Assembly: GCA_904393575.1 (NCBI GenBank)
Contig: CAJFMZ010000001.1
Span: 1,010 to 65,009 of the forward strand
DNA: 64,000 nt
Direction of reading: 5' to 3'
Source of the DNA: an uncultured Sellimonas sp.
Lineage (GTDB): Bacteria > Bacillota > Clostridia > Lachnospirales > Lachnospiraceae
The notes beneath the pieces are model-generated. The model saw only the letters and a program-made list of their open reading frames with translations. It searched no databases and was not told the origin of the DNA. Both the position numbers and the translations under genes were made by a program. Shown here piece after piece: positions 28,863 through 36,737 of the stretch (within the stretch, counting starts at the first letter, position 1; every line of letters starts with the position of its first letter).

Positions 28863-30233
28863 CTACCTGTCTTCCAGTTTGACATATTCCTTATGTCCAG
28901 CCAGCGCCTTGTAAGCCGGACGGATAATCTTATCCACATTTTTCAGCTCTTCCAGCCGGTGTGCGCTCCATCCCACAATACGGGCCGCCGCAAAGATCGG
29001 TGTGTAGAGTGCCGGCGGAAGTCCAAGCATACTGTATACCAGCCCGCTGTAGAAGTCCACGTTGGCATTGACGCCTTTATAGATCTTTCTCTTCTCCCCG
29101 ATGATCTGAGGCCCGAGACGCTCCACCATCTCATAGAGCGCATATTCTTTCTCGTATCCTTTTTCTTTGGCAAGCTTCTCCACAAACACTTTGAAGATTT
29201 CCGCTCTTGGATCCGAAATGGAATAAACCGCATGCCCCATTCCGTAGATCAGTCCCTTTTTGTCAAAGGCCTGTTTGTCCAGAAGCTTCTCCAGATAATC
29301 GCGCACTGCATCTTCATCCGTCCAGTCTGACAGGTTTGCTTTCATATCATCAAACATCTGCACTACCTTGATATTGGCTCCGCCGTGCTTTGGTCCTTTC
29401 AGGGATGCCATCGCAGCCGCCATGGTGGAGTATGTATCTGTTCCAGAAGAGGTGACCACATGAGTCGTAAAGGTAGAGTTATTTCCTCCGCCATGGTCCA
29501 TATGAAGCACAAGGGCCATATCCAGAATTCTCGCTTCCAGCTCTGTGTACTTCCGATCCTCCCGAAGCATCATCAGGATATTTTCCGCTGTGGAAAGCTC
29601 CGGCTTCGGTGCGTAGATGAAGAGGTCCTCTCCCATCTTATAATTATATGCATGGTATCCATACACCATCAGCATCGGGAACTGACTGATCAGATTCAGA
29701 CATTGTCTGAGCACATTCGGAATACTCGTGTCGTCCGCCTTGTCATCATAAGAATACAGCTGCAGAATACTTCTGGAAATGCTGTTCATCATATCCGGGC
29801 TGGATGCTTTCATGATCACATCCCGCACAAAGTTTGGCGGAAGTGTTCTTCTCTCCACCAGAAGCTCATGAAACTCATCCAGCTGTTTTTCTGTCGGAAG
29901 CTCTCCGAACAGAAGAAGGTAGGCAATCTCTTCAAAGCCATAGTGGTGAGAGGCCAGAAACCCATTGACCAGGTCCTTGATATCATAGCCCCGATAGTAA
30001 AGTCTGCCTGGACACGGCACTTCTTTTCCATCTACAATCTCTTTTGCGTGAACGTCCGAAACATTGGTCAGTCCTGCAAGAACTCCCTTCCCGTTTAAGT
30101 CACGCAGTCCTCTCTTGACTTCGTATTTTGTAAAAAGCTCTTTGTCGATCGCATTGTTCTTCTCGCTTAAATCGGCAAGCTCCTGAATCTTCGGTGTAAT
30201 GTCAAATAAAGCTTCCTCTACGTTTTTGGCCAT
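28863..30233 (-). CDS. Citrate synthase family protein
   Basis: 456 aa with citrate-synthase blocks: LHMDHGGGNNSTF, GPKHGGAN, GMGHAVY. Confidence 0.85.
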   Translation of the reverse strand: MAKNVEEALFDITPKIQELADLSEKNNAIDKELFTKYEVKRGLRDLNGKGVLAGLTNVSDVHAKEIVDGKEVPCPGRLYYRGYDIKDLVNGFLASHHYGFEEIAYLLLFGELPTEKQLDEFHELLVERRTLPPNFVRDVIMKASSPDMMNSISRSILQLYSYDDKADDTSIPNVLRQCLNLISQFPMLMVYGYHAYNYKMGEDLFIYAPKPELSTAENILMMLREDRKYTELEARILDMALVLHMDHGGGNNSTFTTHVVTSSGTDTYSTMAAAMASLKGPKHGGANIKVVQMFDDMKANLSDWTDEDAVRDYLEKLLDKQAFDKKGLIYGMGHAVYSISDPRAEIFKVFVEKLAKEKGYEKEYALYEMVERLGPQIIGEKRKIYKGVNANVDFYSGLVYSMLGLPPALYTPIFAAARIVGWSAHRLEELKNVDKIIRPAYKALAGHKEYVKLEDR

Positions 30234-30274
30234 AAGCAGTTCCTCCTTTTCTGTCTTCGTGTTCTGTCAGATCC

Positions 30275-30955
30275 TTATTTCGATGACGGGAAATACGGTC
30301 TCAGCACACCTGCCACGTTGCTAAGAGGCATCGTCTGAAGCCATACATGTCCCGGTCCTGTAATGACAGTGTTAAACAGTCCCTCTCCACCGAATACCAT
30401 GTTTTTAATTCCAGGGACTGTCTGGATTTCAATTCCGCAGGACGCTGACATGGCTGCCAGATATCCGGTATCCACTACGATCTGCTGGTCCGCCCGGAGC
30501 TCGTACTCTACCACATGTCCGTCAAACTCGGCAAATACAATCCCCTGTCCGGATACTTTCTGCATGATAAATCCCTCGCCTCCGAACAGTCCGGAAGCTA
30601 TCTTCTTCTGGAAAAATACACTCAGATCCACGCCTGCCTCCGAGGCAAGAAACGCGCTCTTCTGAAGGACATACTCCTGTCCCGGTCCTACCTCAAACGC
30701 CTTGATCGATCCCGGAAAACTGGATGCAAACGCAATCATTCCATTTCCCCGCTCCGCCGTGTACACATTCTGGAAAATCGAGTCACCGGAAAACATCCTT
30801 CCAAACGCTTTCCCGATCCCTCCACGGGCTCCGGACTCCATCTTCATGTTTGGTGACATCCAGCTCATGGCACCTCTCTCTGTCACCATCTGTTCTCCAT
30901 CTTCAAGGTGGCAGATTACCACCGGAAGTGTTTCTCCTTTAATTTCGTAACGCAT
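30275..30955 (-). CDS. AIM24/TIGR00266-family protein (DUF124)
   Basis: 226 aa; MRYEIKGETLPVV...GAMSWMSPNMKME is typical of the family as remembered. Confidence 0.65.
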   Translation of the reverse strand: MRYEIKGETLPVVICHLEDGEQMVTERGAMSWMSPNMKMESGARGGIGKAFGRMFSGDSIFQNVYTAERGNGMIAFASSFPGSIKAFEVGPGQEYVLQKSAFLASEAGVDLSVFFQKKIASGLFGGEGFIMQKVSGQGIVFAEFDGHVVEYELRADQQIVVDTGYLAAMSASCGIEIQTVPGIKNMVFGGEGLFNTVITGPGHVWLQTMPLSNVAGVLRPYFPSSK

Positions 30956-30981
30956 TTCACTACCTCCTTTATCGAATTTTC

Positions 30982-31860
30982 CTATGATAACCGGATCTCA
31001 TGGATCCTGTTACTAAGCCTGGCGAATTCCTCCAGAGTCAGAGCCTCTCCTCTGACACCTGCACCTTTCCCAAGACTCTCGACTGCTTCCGTGATCTGCT
31101 CCTTGCTAAGCACAATCTCCGGCGAATTATTCAGGCCGTTGACCAGCGTCTTTCTCCGCTGGTTAAAGGACGCCCGGATAATCTGAAACAGGAGCTTCTC
31201 ATCCTCCACCTGTACCGGAGGCACTTCATGTCTCGTCAGACGGATCACCGCTGACCCCACATTCGGCCTTGGCATAAAGCAGTTCGGCGGCACATTGGCC
31301 GCAATATACGGCTCGGCATAGTACTGTACCGCCAGGGACAATGCACCGTAATCTTTGCTTCCCGGTCCTGCCTGCATCCGCTCCGCCACTTCTTTTTGCA
31401 CCATGACCGTGACCGAATCAAGGGGCACCTGGCTCTCAAACAGATTCATAATAATCGGCGTCGTAATATAATAAGGCAGATTTGCCACGACCTTAATGGG
31501 ACGGCCATCATTTCTCTCTCTGGCAAGTCCTGCAATATCCACCTTCAGGATATCATCCTGTATTACTTCTGCATTTGGGAATCCGGAAAGGGTATCCTCC
31601 AGAATGGGAATCAACGCTTTGTCAATCTCTACCGCCACGACCTCTCTTGCCGCCTTTGCAAGATACTGTGTCATCGTGCCGATACCAGGACCGATCTCCA
31701 GTACAAAGTCATCCTTTGTAATTCCGGCCGCACGTATAATTTTATCGAGGACATGGGTATCAATCAGAAAATTCTGCCCGAACTTTTTCTGAAAATTGAA
31801 ATGATATTTCTGCAGAACCGCGATCGTATTCTGCGGATTTCCTAAAAAAGGCTCTGTCAT
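30982..31860 (-). CDS. rsmA: 16S rRNA (adenine1518/1519-N6)-dimethyltransferase
   Basis: KKFGQNFLID and VLEIGPGIGTMT motifs. 292 aa. Confidence 0.9.
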   Translation of the reverse strand: MTEPFLGNPQNTIAVLQKYHFNFQKKFGQNFLIDTHVLDKIIRAAGITKDDFVLEIGPGIGTMTQYLAKAAREVVAVEIDKALIPILEDTLSGFPNAEVIQDDILKVDIAGLARERNDGRPIKVVANLPYYITTPIIMNLFESQVPLDSVTVMVQKEVAERMQAGPGSKDYGALSLAVQYYAEPYIAANVPPNCFMPRPNVGSAVIRLTRHEVPPVQVEDEKLLFQIIRASFNQRRKTLVNGLNNSPEIVLSKEQITEAVESLGKGAGVRGEALTLEEFARLSNRIHEIRLS

Positions 31861-31918
31861 AAATTTCCCTCACTTTCTCTAAGTATATCATATTTCATCA
31901 CTGCACGTTGTTAAAATA

Positions 31919-32680
31919 TTATGAAAAATATATTAATTTCGCATTATTTTCAGTCTGTTCTATCACTTTCTCTTTAGTGACATTCTTTAATTCGGCAATC
32001 TTCTCCGCCACATAATGAATATTACGGGAATCATTTCTCTTTCCCCGGTTCGGCTCCGGCGCCATATACGGGCAGTCCGTCTCCAGCACAATCTTTTCCA
32101 GCGGGAGATTTGCCACGATTTCTTTTAGTTTCCTTCCGTTTTTAAAGGTGACTACCCCGCCGACTCCGATGGAAAATCCCATCTTCACATATTCCTGCGC
32201 CATTTCCAAAGAGTAGGAAAAACAGTGGATAATCCCCCCAAGTCCTCTTCCGTACTCCTTCATAATCGTCATGGTATCCTCCGCCGCGTCCCGGCTGTGG
32301 ATGTTGACCGGAAGCCCCATCTCCCTGGCAAGCTGAAGCTGCCGGATAAACCAGTGCTTCTGCACTTCTCTTGGCTCTGTATCCCAGTGATAGTCCAGGC
32401 CGATCTCTCCGACTGCCACCACCTTCTCATGGCCGCACATCGTCTTCAGCTCCTCAAATGTCTCCTCGTTCAATTCCCCCACATTGTCCGGATGAACCCC
32501 GACGGCCGCATAGATAAAGGGATACTGCTCCGCCAGACGGACCGCATTCCGGCTGGACTCCATGGACGCTCCGATCTCCACGATCGTGCCCACTCCGGCG
32601 TCCGCCATCCCTCCCAGAAGCTCCCCTCTGTCCTCGTCAAACTGCTCATCATCATAGTGTGCATGTGTATCAAAAATCAT
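31919..32680 (-). CDS. tatD: TatD-family metal-dependent hydrolase/DNase
   Basis: MIFDTHAHYDD, AVGEIGLDYHW, NIHSRDA and ETDCPYM motifs. Confidence 0.9.
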   Translation of the reverse strand: MIFDTHAHYDDEQFDEDRGELLGGMADAGVGTIVEIGASMESSRNAVRLAEQYPFIYAAVGVHPDNVGELNEETFEELKTMCGHEKVVAVGEIGLDYHWDTEPREVQKHWFIRQLQLAREMGLPVNIHSRDAAEDTMTIMKEYGRGLGGIIHCFSYSLEMAQEYVKMGFSIGVGGVVTFKNGRKLKEIVANLPLEKIVLETDCPYMAPEPNRGKRNDSRNIHYVAEKIAELKNVTKEKVIEQTENNAKLIYFS

Positions 32681-32773
32681 GTTTTTCTACTCCTTAAATT
32701 CCAACAAGATGGTTGTATTATAATTTAAAACATACTATAATTCAAATAGAATATCAATAGGAGGGACACGACA

Positions 32774-33067
32774 ATGCAGGTATACGACAAGGTAAACAAA
32801 ACCGAGCTGACCGCTGATACAGACGAGCTTATCAAACTGATGGCTCCGGGCGGACGTCAGGTTGACTTATATCTGAAAGAGAAAAAATCCGACGAGGACG
32901 GATACATGACATGGGACGTAGAACACTGGTCCAGCGTAGACGGAAGACGTTTCATCCGCTGCTACTCTCTGGAGGGCCGCGTATTAAGCGAATCCACCGG
33001 ACACAATATCTACGACCTGAGAAACGAATTCAAGCCGGAAGAGGCAGAACGAGTAGAACTCAGCTAA
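32774..33067 (+). CDS. Hypothetical acidic 97-aa protein
   Basis: Strong AGGAGGG RBS and a terminator hairpin directly downstream. No recognisable family. Confidence 0.55.
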   Translation: MQVYDKVNKTELTADTDELIKLMAPGGRQVDLYLKEKKSDEDGYMTWDVEHWSSVDGRRFIRCYSLEGRVLSESTGHNIYDLRNEFKPEEAERVELS

Positions 33068-33088
33068 AAGTTGCTCAGCAGACATATC

Positions 33089-33120
33089 GGCGCACCGGGA
33101 GACTTACTCCCCGGTGCGCC
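33089..33120. terminator. Bidirectional terminator overlapping the 3' end of the polyferredoxin gene
   Basis: ggcgcaccggg (33089-99) pairs with cccggtgcgcc (33110-20). Confidence 0.65.
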
Positions 33121-33955
33121 GGTTTGATTTTTCCGAAACAGGATTCCTGAATGTTTTCCACACAACGGCCTGTTCCTGACATATGTTTCTACATTCTCCA
33201 CACTGGATACATTCTCTGTCCCCAGGCATTTGAACATCCATTTTACAAAACTTCACGCAGGCCCTGCAGGATGTGCAGCGGTTCTTGTCTACCTCCACAC
33301 CCAGACAGGCGATTTTGTGAAACAAAGAATAGAATGCTCCCAGAGGACACAAAAATCTGCAAAAACTGCGAAAGATCAACACTGCAGACACCAGGACCAC
33401 AGCCAGGACTGCTGTTTTCCATGTAAACAGCACACCTGTCAGCCTTCTCAGTGCAAAATTGACGGCTGTCAGCGGAAGTCCCGCCTCCAGTGTTCCAGCC
33501 GGACAGAGATATTTGCAAAATCCCGGAGCTGCAAACAGAATCGGAAAGAGGACTACAAATCCAATCAGAATACCATATTTTAACAGACTAAGCCTTCTGC
33601 TCCATCTCCCTTTCCTGATTTTCGGAGAAGGAATCCGATACAAAAGCTCCTGCAGCAGTCCAAAGGGACAAAGGTATCCACAGATCACCCGTCCAAAAAT
33701 CACTCCTGCCAGCAGTAAAAGCCCGACAATGTAACAGGGAATCTTATATCTGGCGGAGACAAGCGCCGTCTGTAAACTGCCCACCGGGCAGGAAGCCACT
33801 GCCCCAGGGCAGGAATAACAGTTCAGGCCTGGGACACAAATGGACTTCGAAGCGCCCTGATAGATTCTTCCATGAAAAAATCCCGGCAGATGGCAATTAT
33901 AGACAAGCGCACACGCCACCTGCAAAATCCGTCTTTTTCGTTCCTTGAACTTCAT
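33104..33955 (-). CDS. Membrane-bound 4Fe-4S polyferredoxin (NapH/MauN/YccM-like)
   Basis: Repeated CPxG motifs (CYSCPGAVASCPVGSLQ, LCPFGLLQ, LCPAGTLE, LCPLGAFY) plus two ferredoxin CxxCxxCxxxC clusters. Start was moved to MKFKERK (ATG 33955); the track start is a GTG six codons upstream. Confidence 0.8.
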   Translation of the reverse strand: MKFKERKRRILQVACALVYNCHLPGFFHGRIYQGASKSICVPGLNCYSCPGAVASCPVGSLQTALVSARYKIPCYIVGLLLLAGVIFGRVICGYLCPFGLLQELLYRIPSPKIRKGRWSRRLSLLKYGILIGFVVLFPILFAAPGFCKYLCPAGTLEAGLPLTAVNFALRRLTGVLFTWKTAVLAVVLVSAVLIFRSFCRFLCPLGAFYSLFHKIACLGVEVDKNRCTSCRACVKFCKMDVQMPGDRECIQCGECRNICQEQAVVWKTFRNPVSEKSNRRTGE

Positions 33956-34092
33956 CACCCTATACCAATACACTCATAGCAGATCCGGACCGCCTTATTC
34001 ATGACATCCACGGCATCATGTCTGAAAAGCCCTGCAAGGATCAAAATCACCGCCGCTGCTATCAGTCCCTTTCTCACCCATTTTATTTTCAC
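33955..34092 (-). CDS. Unlisted 45-aa membrane-anchored CxxC micro-protein
   Basis: Translated codon by codon: (M)KIKWVRKGLIAAAVILILAGLFRHDAVDVMNKAVRICYECIGIG*. The GTG start overlaps the TlpA-like stop (GTGA). Its TGA overlaps the polyferredoxin ATG (TGATG). GGAGG lies 10 nt upstream. Confidence 0.65.
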   Translation of the reverse strand: MKIKWVRKGLIAAAVILILAGLFRHDAVDVMNKAVRICYECIGIG

Positions 34093-34610
34093 TGTGCGAC
34101 CGCCTCCTTCAGCGCTCTCCGGTACATCTTATACTGCGCTTCCGCTCCCATCGAGCCTGTAAAGGTCTCGGTCACTTTTCCGTCTTTCCCTATGATTAAA
34201 GTGTAGGGAATCCCGTCCGACGGATACTTTGCGCTGACTTCATTGTTCTCATCATAAGCTACCGGAAAACTGTAATCCTTCTCTTTCAGGAAGCGGTCTA
34301 CCACCGCTTTTTCTTCTCCACAGTCTACGGCCAGGACCTCAATCTGTTCTCCATATTCCTGATAAATCTTTTCCAGCGCAGGCATTTCCTCTACGCATGG
34401 AGAGCACCAGGTAGCCCAGAAATTCAGAAGAACCACTTTGCCCTGAGCATCGGACAAGGTAAAGCTTTCTCCACCAGACAGCTTCACAGTAAAATCCGGC
34501 GCCGTGCTCTCCTGCCCCAGTTCCTGATGTACCCCTCCACATCCTGACAGCCAGATCAGACAAAGCACGGCCAGAAAGCACAGCCCCGGTTTGCGGATCC
34601 TTTTTTTCAT
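34089..34610 (-). CDS. TlpA/ResA-like thiol-disulfide oxidoreductase lipoprotein
   Basis: Lipobox LSGCGG and thioredoxin motif FWATWCSPC. Start was moved to MKKRIRKPG (34610). Confidence 0.85.
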   Translation of the reverse strand: MKKRIRKPGLCFLAVLCLIWLSGCGGVHQELGQESTAPDFTVKLSGGESFTLSDAQGKVVLLNFWATWCSPCVEEMPALEKIYQEYGEQIEVLAVDCGEEKAVVDRFLKEKDYSFPVAYDENNEVSAKYPSDGIPYTLIIGKDGKVTETFTGSMGAEAQYKMYRRALKEAVAQ

Positions 34611-34635
34611 GTATTCATTCCTCTCTTTCTGCTGC

Positions 34636-34678
34636 GCAAAAGACCTTCTATGAAATGTGCTCATAAAAGGTCTTCTGC
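34636..34678. other. 18-bp stem-loop between the 516-aa lipoprotein gene and the TlpA-like gene
   Basis: gcaaaagaccttctatga (34636-53) pairs with tcataaaaggtcttctgc (34661-78), with two mismatched positions that become G-U wobble pairs in the minus-strand (operon-sense) RNA. The T-run (34679-85) follows on the plus strand, which is the antisense orientation. Confidence 0.6.
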
Positions 34679-34698
34679 TTTTTTCTTCTCTGTTCTGT

Positions 34699-36219
34699 TT
34701 ACTGAATATCCTGAACCTCAATTCCGGTATGTTCTGCATAACTCTGCAATACCGTCATGATACTTTCTTTACATGCAGTCCGGTTTTTCTCCGTGTTGAT
34801 ACAGTATCTCATTTCCGGATTCTGCACATAAGGCAGTTCACAGTATGCCATAACAGGCGCAATAAATCCATCTTCATCCTGTGCATCCTTATTATATGCA
34901 AACAGATACGGTACCTGAATCAGCGGATCACCATTTTCCATGGAATGTCCTGCCTCCAGATTGGTCAGATATTTGTCGAGCAGCTCCGTGTACATCCCGC
35001 TGAGAATCGAATCCTCATCCAGGATGCTGGTTGTCTGAGTGTAGCCCCACTGATCTGTCGTATATCCTCCGTCTACTCTGATATCATACATATAGATTCT
35101 CAGATTATTCTTGACCGCATACTCGTTCAGAATCGGCGCAACCGCCCGTGTTCCTTCACTGGACGGGCCTCCGAACAGAATCAGTGCATTGCCGTCCTGT
35201 CCCATGAGCCATCCCGCTTCGCGATAGGTAATCGGATAAAGATTGATCTGCGTGTCTGCCCCGAAAATTTCCTGACCATAAGCATTAAACGCTTCCCGCA
35301 TATAATCTGCTTTGCTGTAGGTAGAAATCTGAATATTATTATTTTTGATGTAATCAAAAATCACTTTCAGACGTTCATTGAACTCATCTGTGATGTAAGT
35401 CCTTACCGGATTTCCATCTTTATCCAGCACATCATTGCCTTCGTCATCTTTTTCTTTGACGTAGATCCCTTTTGCATCACGTTCCACCATTTCTTCAAAA
35501 GCATAGACAATCGGACATGCCTTGCTTCCGTTTCCAGAACCGCTGTTGTCTACCGTATTATCCTTGTTATAAAGGAACAAAAACGGCTGCTGGAGTTTTG
35601 CCACCGTCACCTCTTTCCCTTCCGCATTTGTATAGGAAAGTGCGGAATCGGAATCGGCCGGATATGCAACCCAGTCATTTAAATTGGTCAGATAACGGGA
35701 GACCATCTCTCCATACATATAGTTCAACTTCGTTCCCGGTGTATCTGTTCCATTTGTCATCCGGACAAACAACGATCCGTCATCAGCATTATTGATGTTG
35801 AAATCATAAGTATAGATTGTATCCACTCCATATTCCTTCGCGAATTCATTCACTGAAGGGCTCATGGCTCTACTGTTATGGCACCAGGATCCGGTAAGCT
35901 GAATCATATAATTTCCTTCCTGCTGCAGCAGGTACATCAGCTGGTCGTAGCTGATATCCTGGTAAACAATGTCTGTATCTTCAAACGTATCGATTCCGCC
36001 CTGACGCTCCATGTCATTGTTGGAATGTGCGTTGAAATCTCCGAATGTATATTCTTTTTCAAATTCGTAGTCCGGAGAAGAAAGCTGTGCTTTCGTATCG
36101 CCAAGCGTTTCTTTTTCCGTGGCTTTGCTGCTGTTGCTGTCTTTACTGTCTCCGCAGCCTGTCATCATTCCAACTGCCATCGCAGCGACAAGAACAGCCG
36201 AAAGAATTTTTCTCTTCAT
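34699..36219 (-). CDS. Exported lipoprotein with two tandem thioredoxin-like repeats (first carries CxxS)
   Basis: Lipobox MTGCGD. There is an internal duplication: QLTGSWCHNSRAMSPSVNEFAKEYGVDTIYTYD vs ILFGGPSSEGTRAVAPILNEYAVKNNLRIYMYD, and MYGEMVSRYLTNL vs MYTELLDKYLTNL. Start was moved to MKRKILS (36219). Confidence 0.75.
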   Translation of the reverse strand: MKRKILSAVLVAAMAVGMMTGCGDSKDSNSSKATEKETLGDTKAQLSSPDYEFEKEYTFGDFNAHSNNDMERQGGIDTFEDTDIVYQDISYDQLMYLLQQEGNYMIQLTGSWCHNSRAMSPSVNEFAKEYGVDTIYTYDFNINNADDGSLFVRMTNGTDTPGTKLNYMYGEMVSRYLTNLNDWVAYPADSDSALSYTNAEGKEVTVAKLQQPFLFLYNKDNTVDNSGSGNGSKACPIVYAFEEMVERDAKGIYVKEKDDEGNDVLDKDGNPVRTYITDEFNERLKVIFDYIKNNNIQISTYSKADYMREAFNAYGQEIFGADTQINLYPITYREAGWLMGQDGNALILFGGPSSEGTRAVAPILNEYAVKNNLRIYMYDIRVDGGYTTDQWGYTQTTSILDEDSILSGMYTELLDKYLTNLEAGHSMENGDPLIQVPYLFAYNKDAQDEDGFIAPVMAYCELPYVQNPEMRYCINTEKNRTACKESIMTVLQSYAEHTGIEVQDIQ

Positions 36220-36242
36220 TCTGATTCTCCTTCCTGTTTCTG

Positions 36243-36737
36243 TTAGCACATTGGAATAGATACCTCTTCACTGTCCGAAGCACTGCCCGAACCGCCATTC
36301 GATGAATATTCGGATTCCAATGCTGTTAAATCCGCATAGTTTTCTACAAGACTGTACTGATCCTCTGTCAGATAGGATTCCAGCACTTCTCTTGCATCTG
36401 TCACATATTTCTGCACGTCCGCAGAGGAATATCCTTCTGCTTCTTTTCTGTCGTCCGCTACCTTTGCAGCTTTGATCGCCAGACGCGCATACTCTATCTT
36501 ATCTGTCTCAAACTCATCGTCATTGGTAATCTGATCCTGAAGCTTTAAGTTTTTATCCAGATCATTGTAATAGGAAACCGCACGATCAATTCTTTCTTTA
36601 CACTCATCCGTGTAGGTAACTTCTCCGATTTCCGAGATCGCATGGATCGTTCTGGACACAGACGCCTTTGCAGAAACTACTGAAAGTCCGAGGCAGACAA
36701 CAGTCGCCGCAATTAACACAATCGTTGATTTTTTCAT
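36243..36737 (-). CDS. Hypothetical exported/anchored 164-aa protein ending in a C-terminal Cys
   Basis: N-terminal signal/anchor (IVLIAATVVCLGLSVVSA), helical acidic body, C-terminus ...EEVSIPMC*. Its ATG overlaps the symporter stop (ATGA). Confidence 0.65.
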   Translation of the reverse strand: MKKSTIVLIAATVVCLGLSVVSAKASVSRTIHAISEIGEVTYTDECKERIDRAVSYYNDLDKNLKLQDQITNDDEFETDKIEYARLAIKAAKVADDRKEAEGYSSADVQKYVTDAREVLESYLTEDQYSLVENYADLTALESEYSSNGGSGSASDSEEVSIPMC

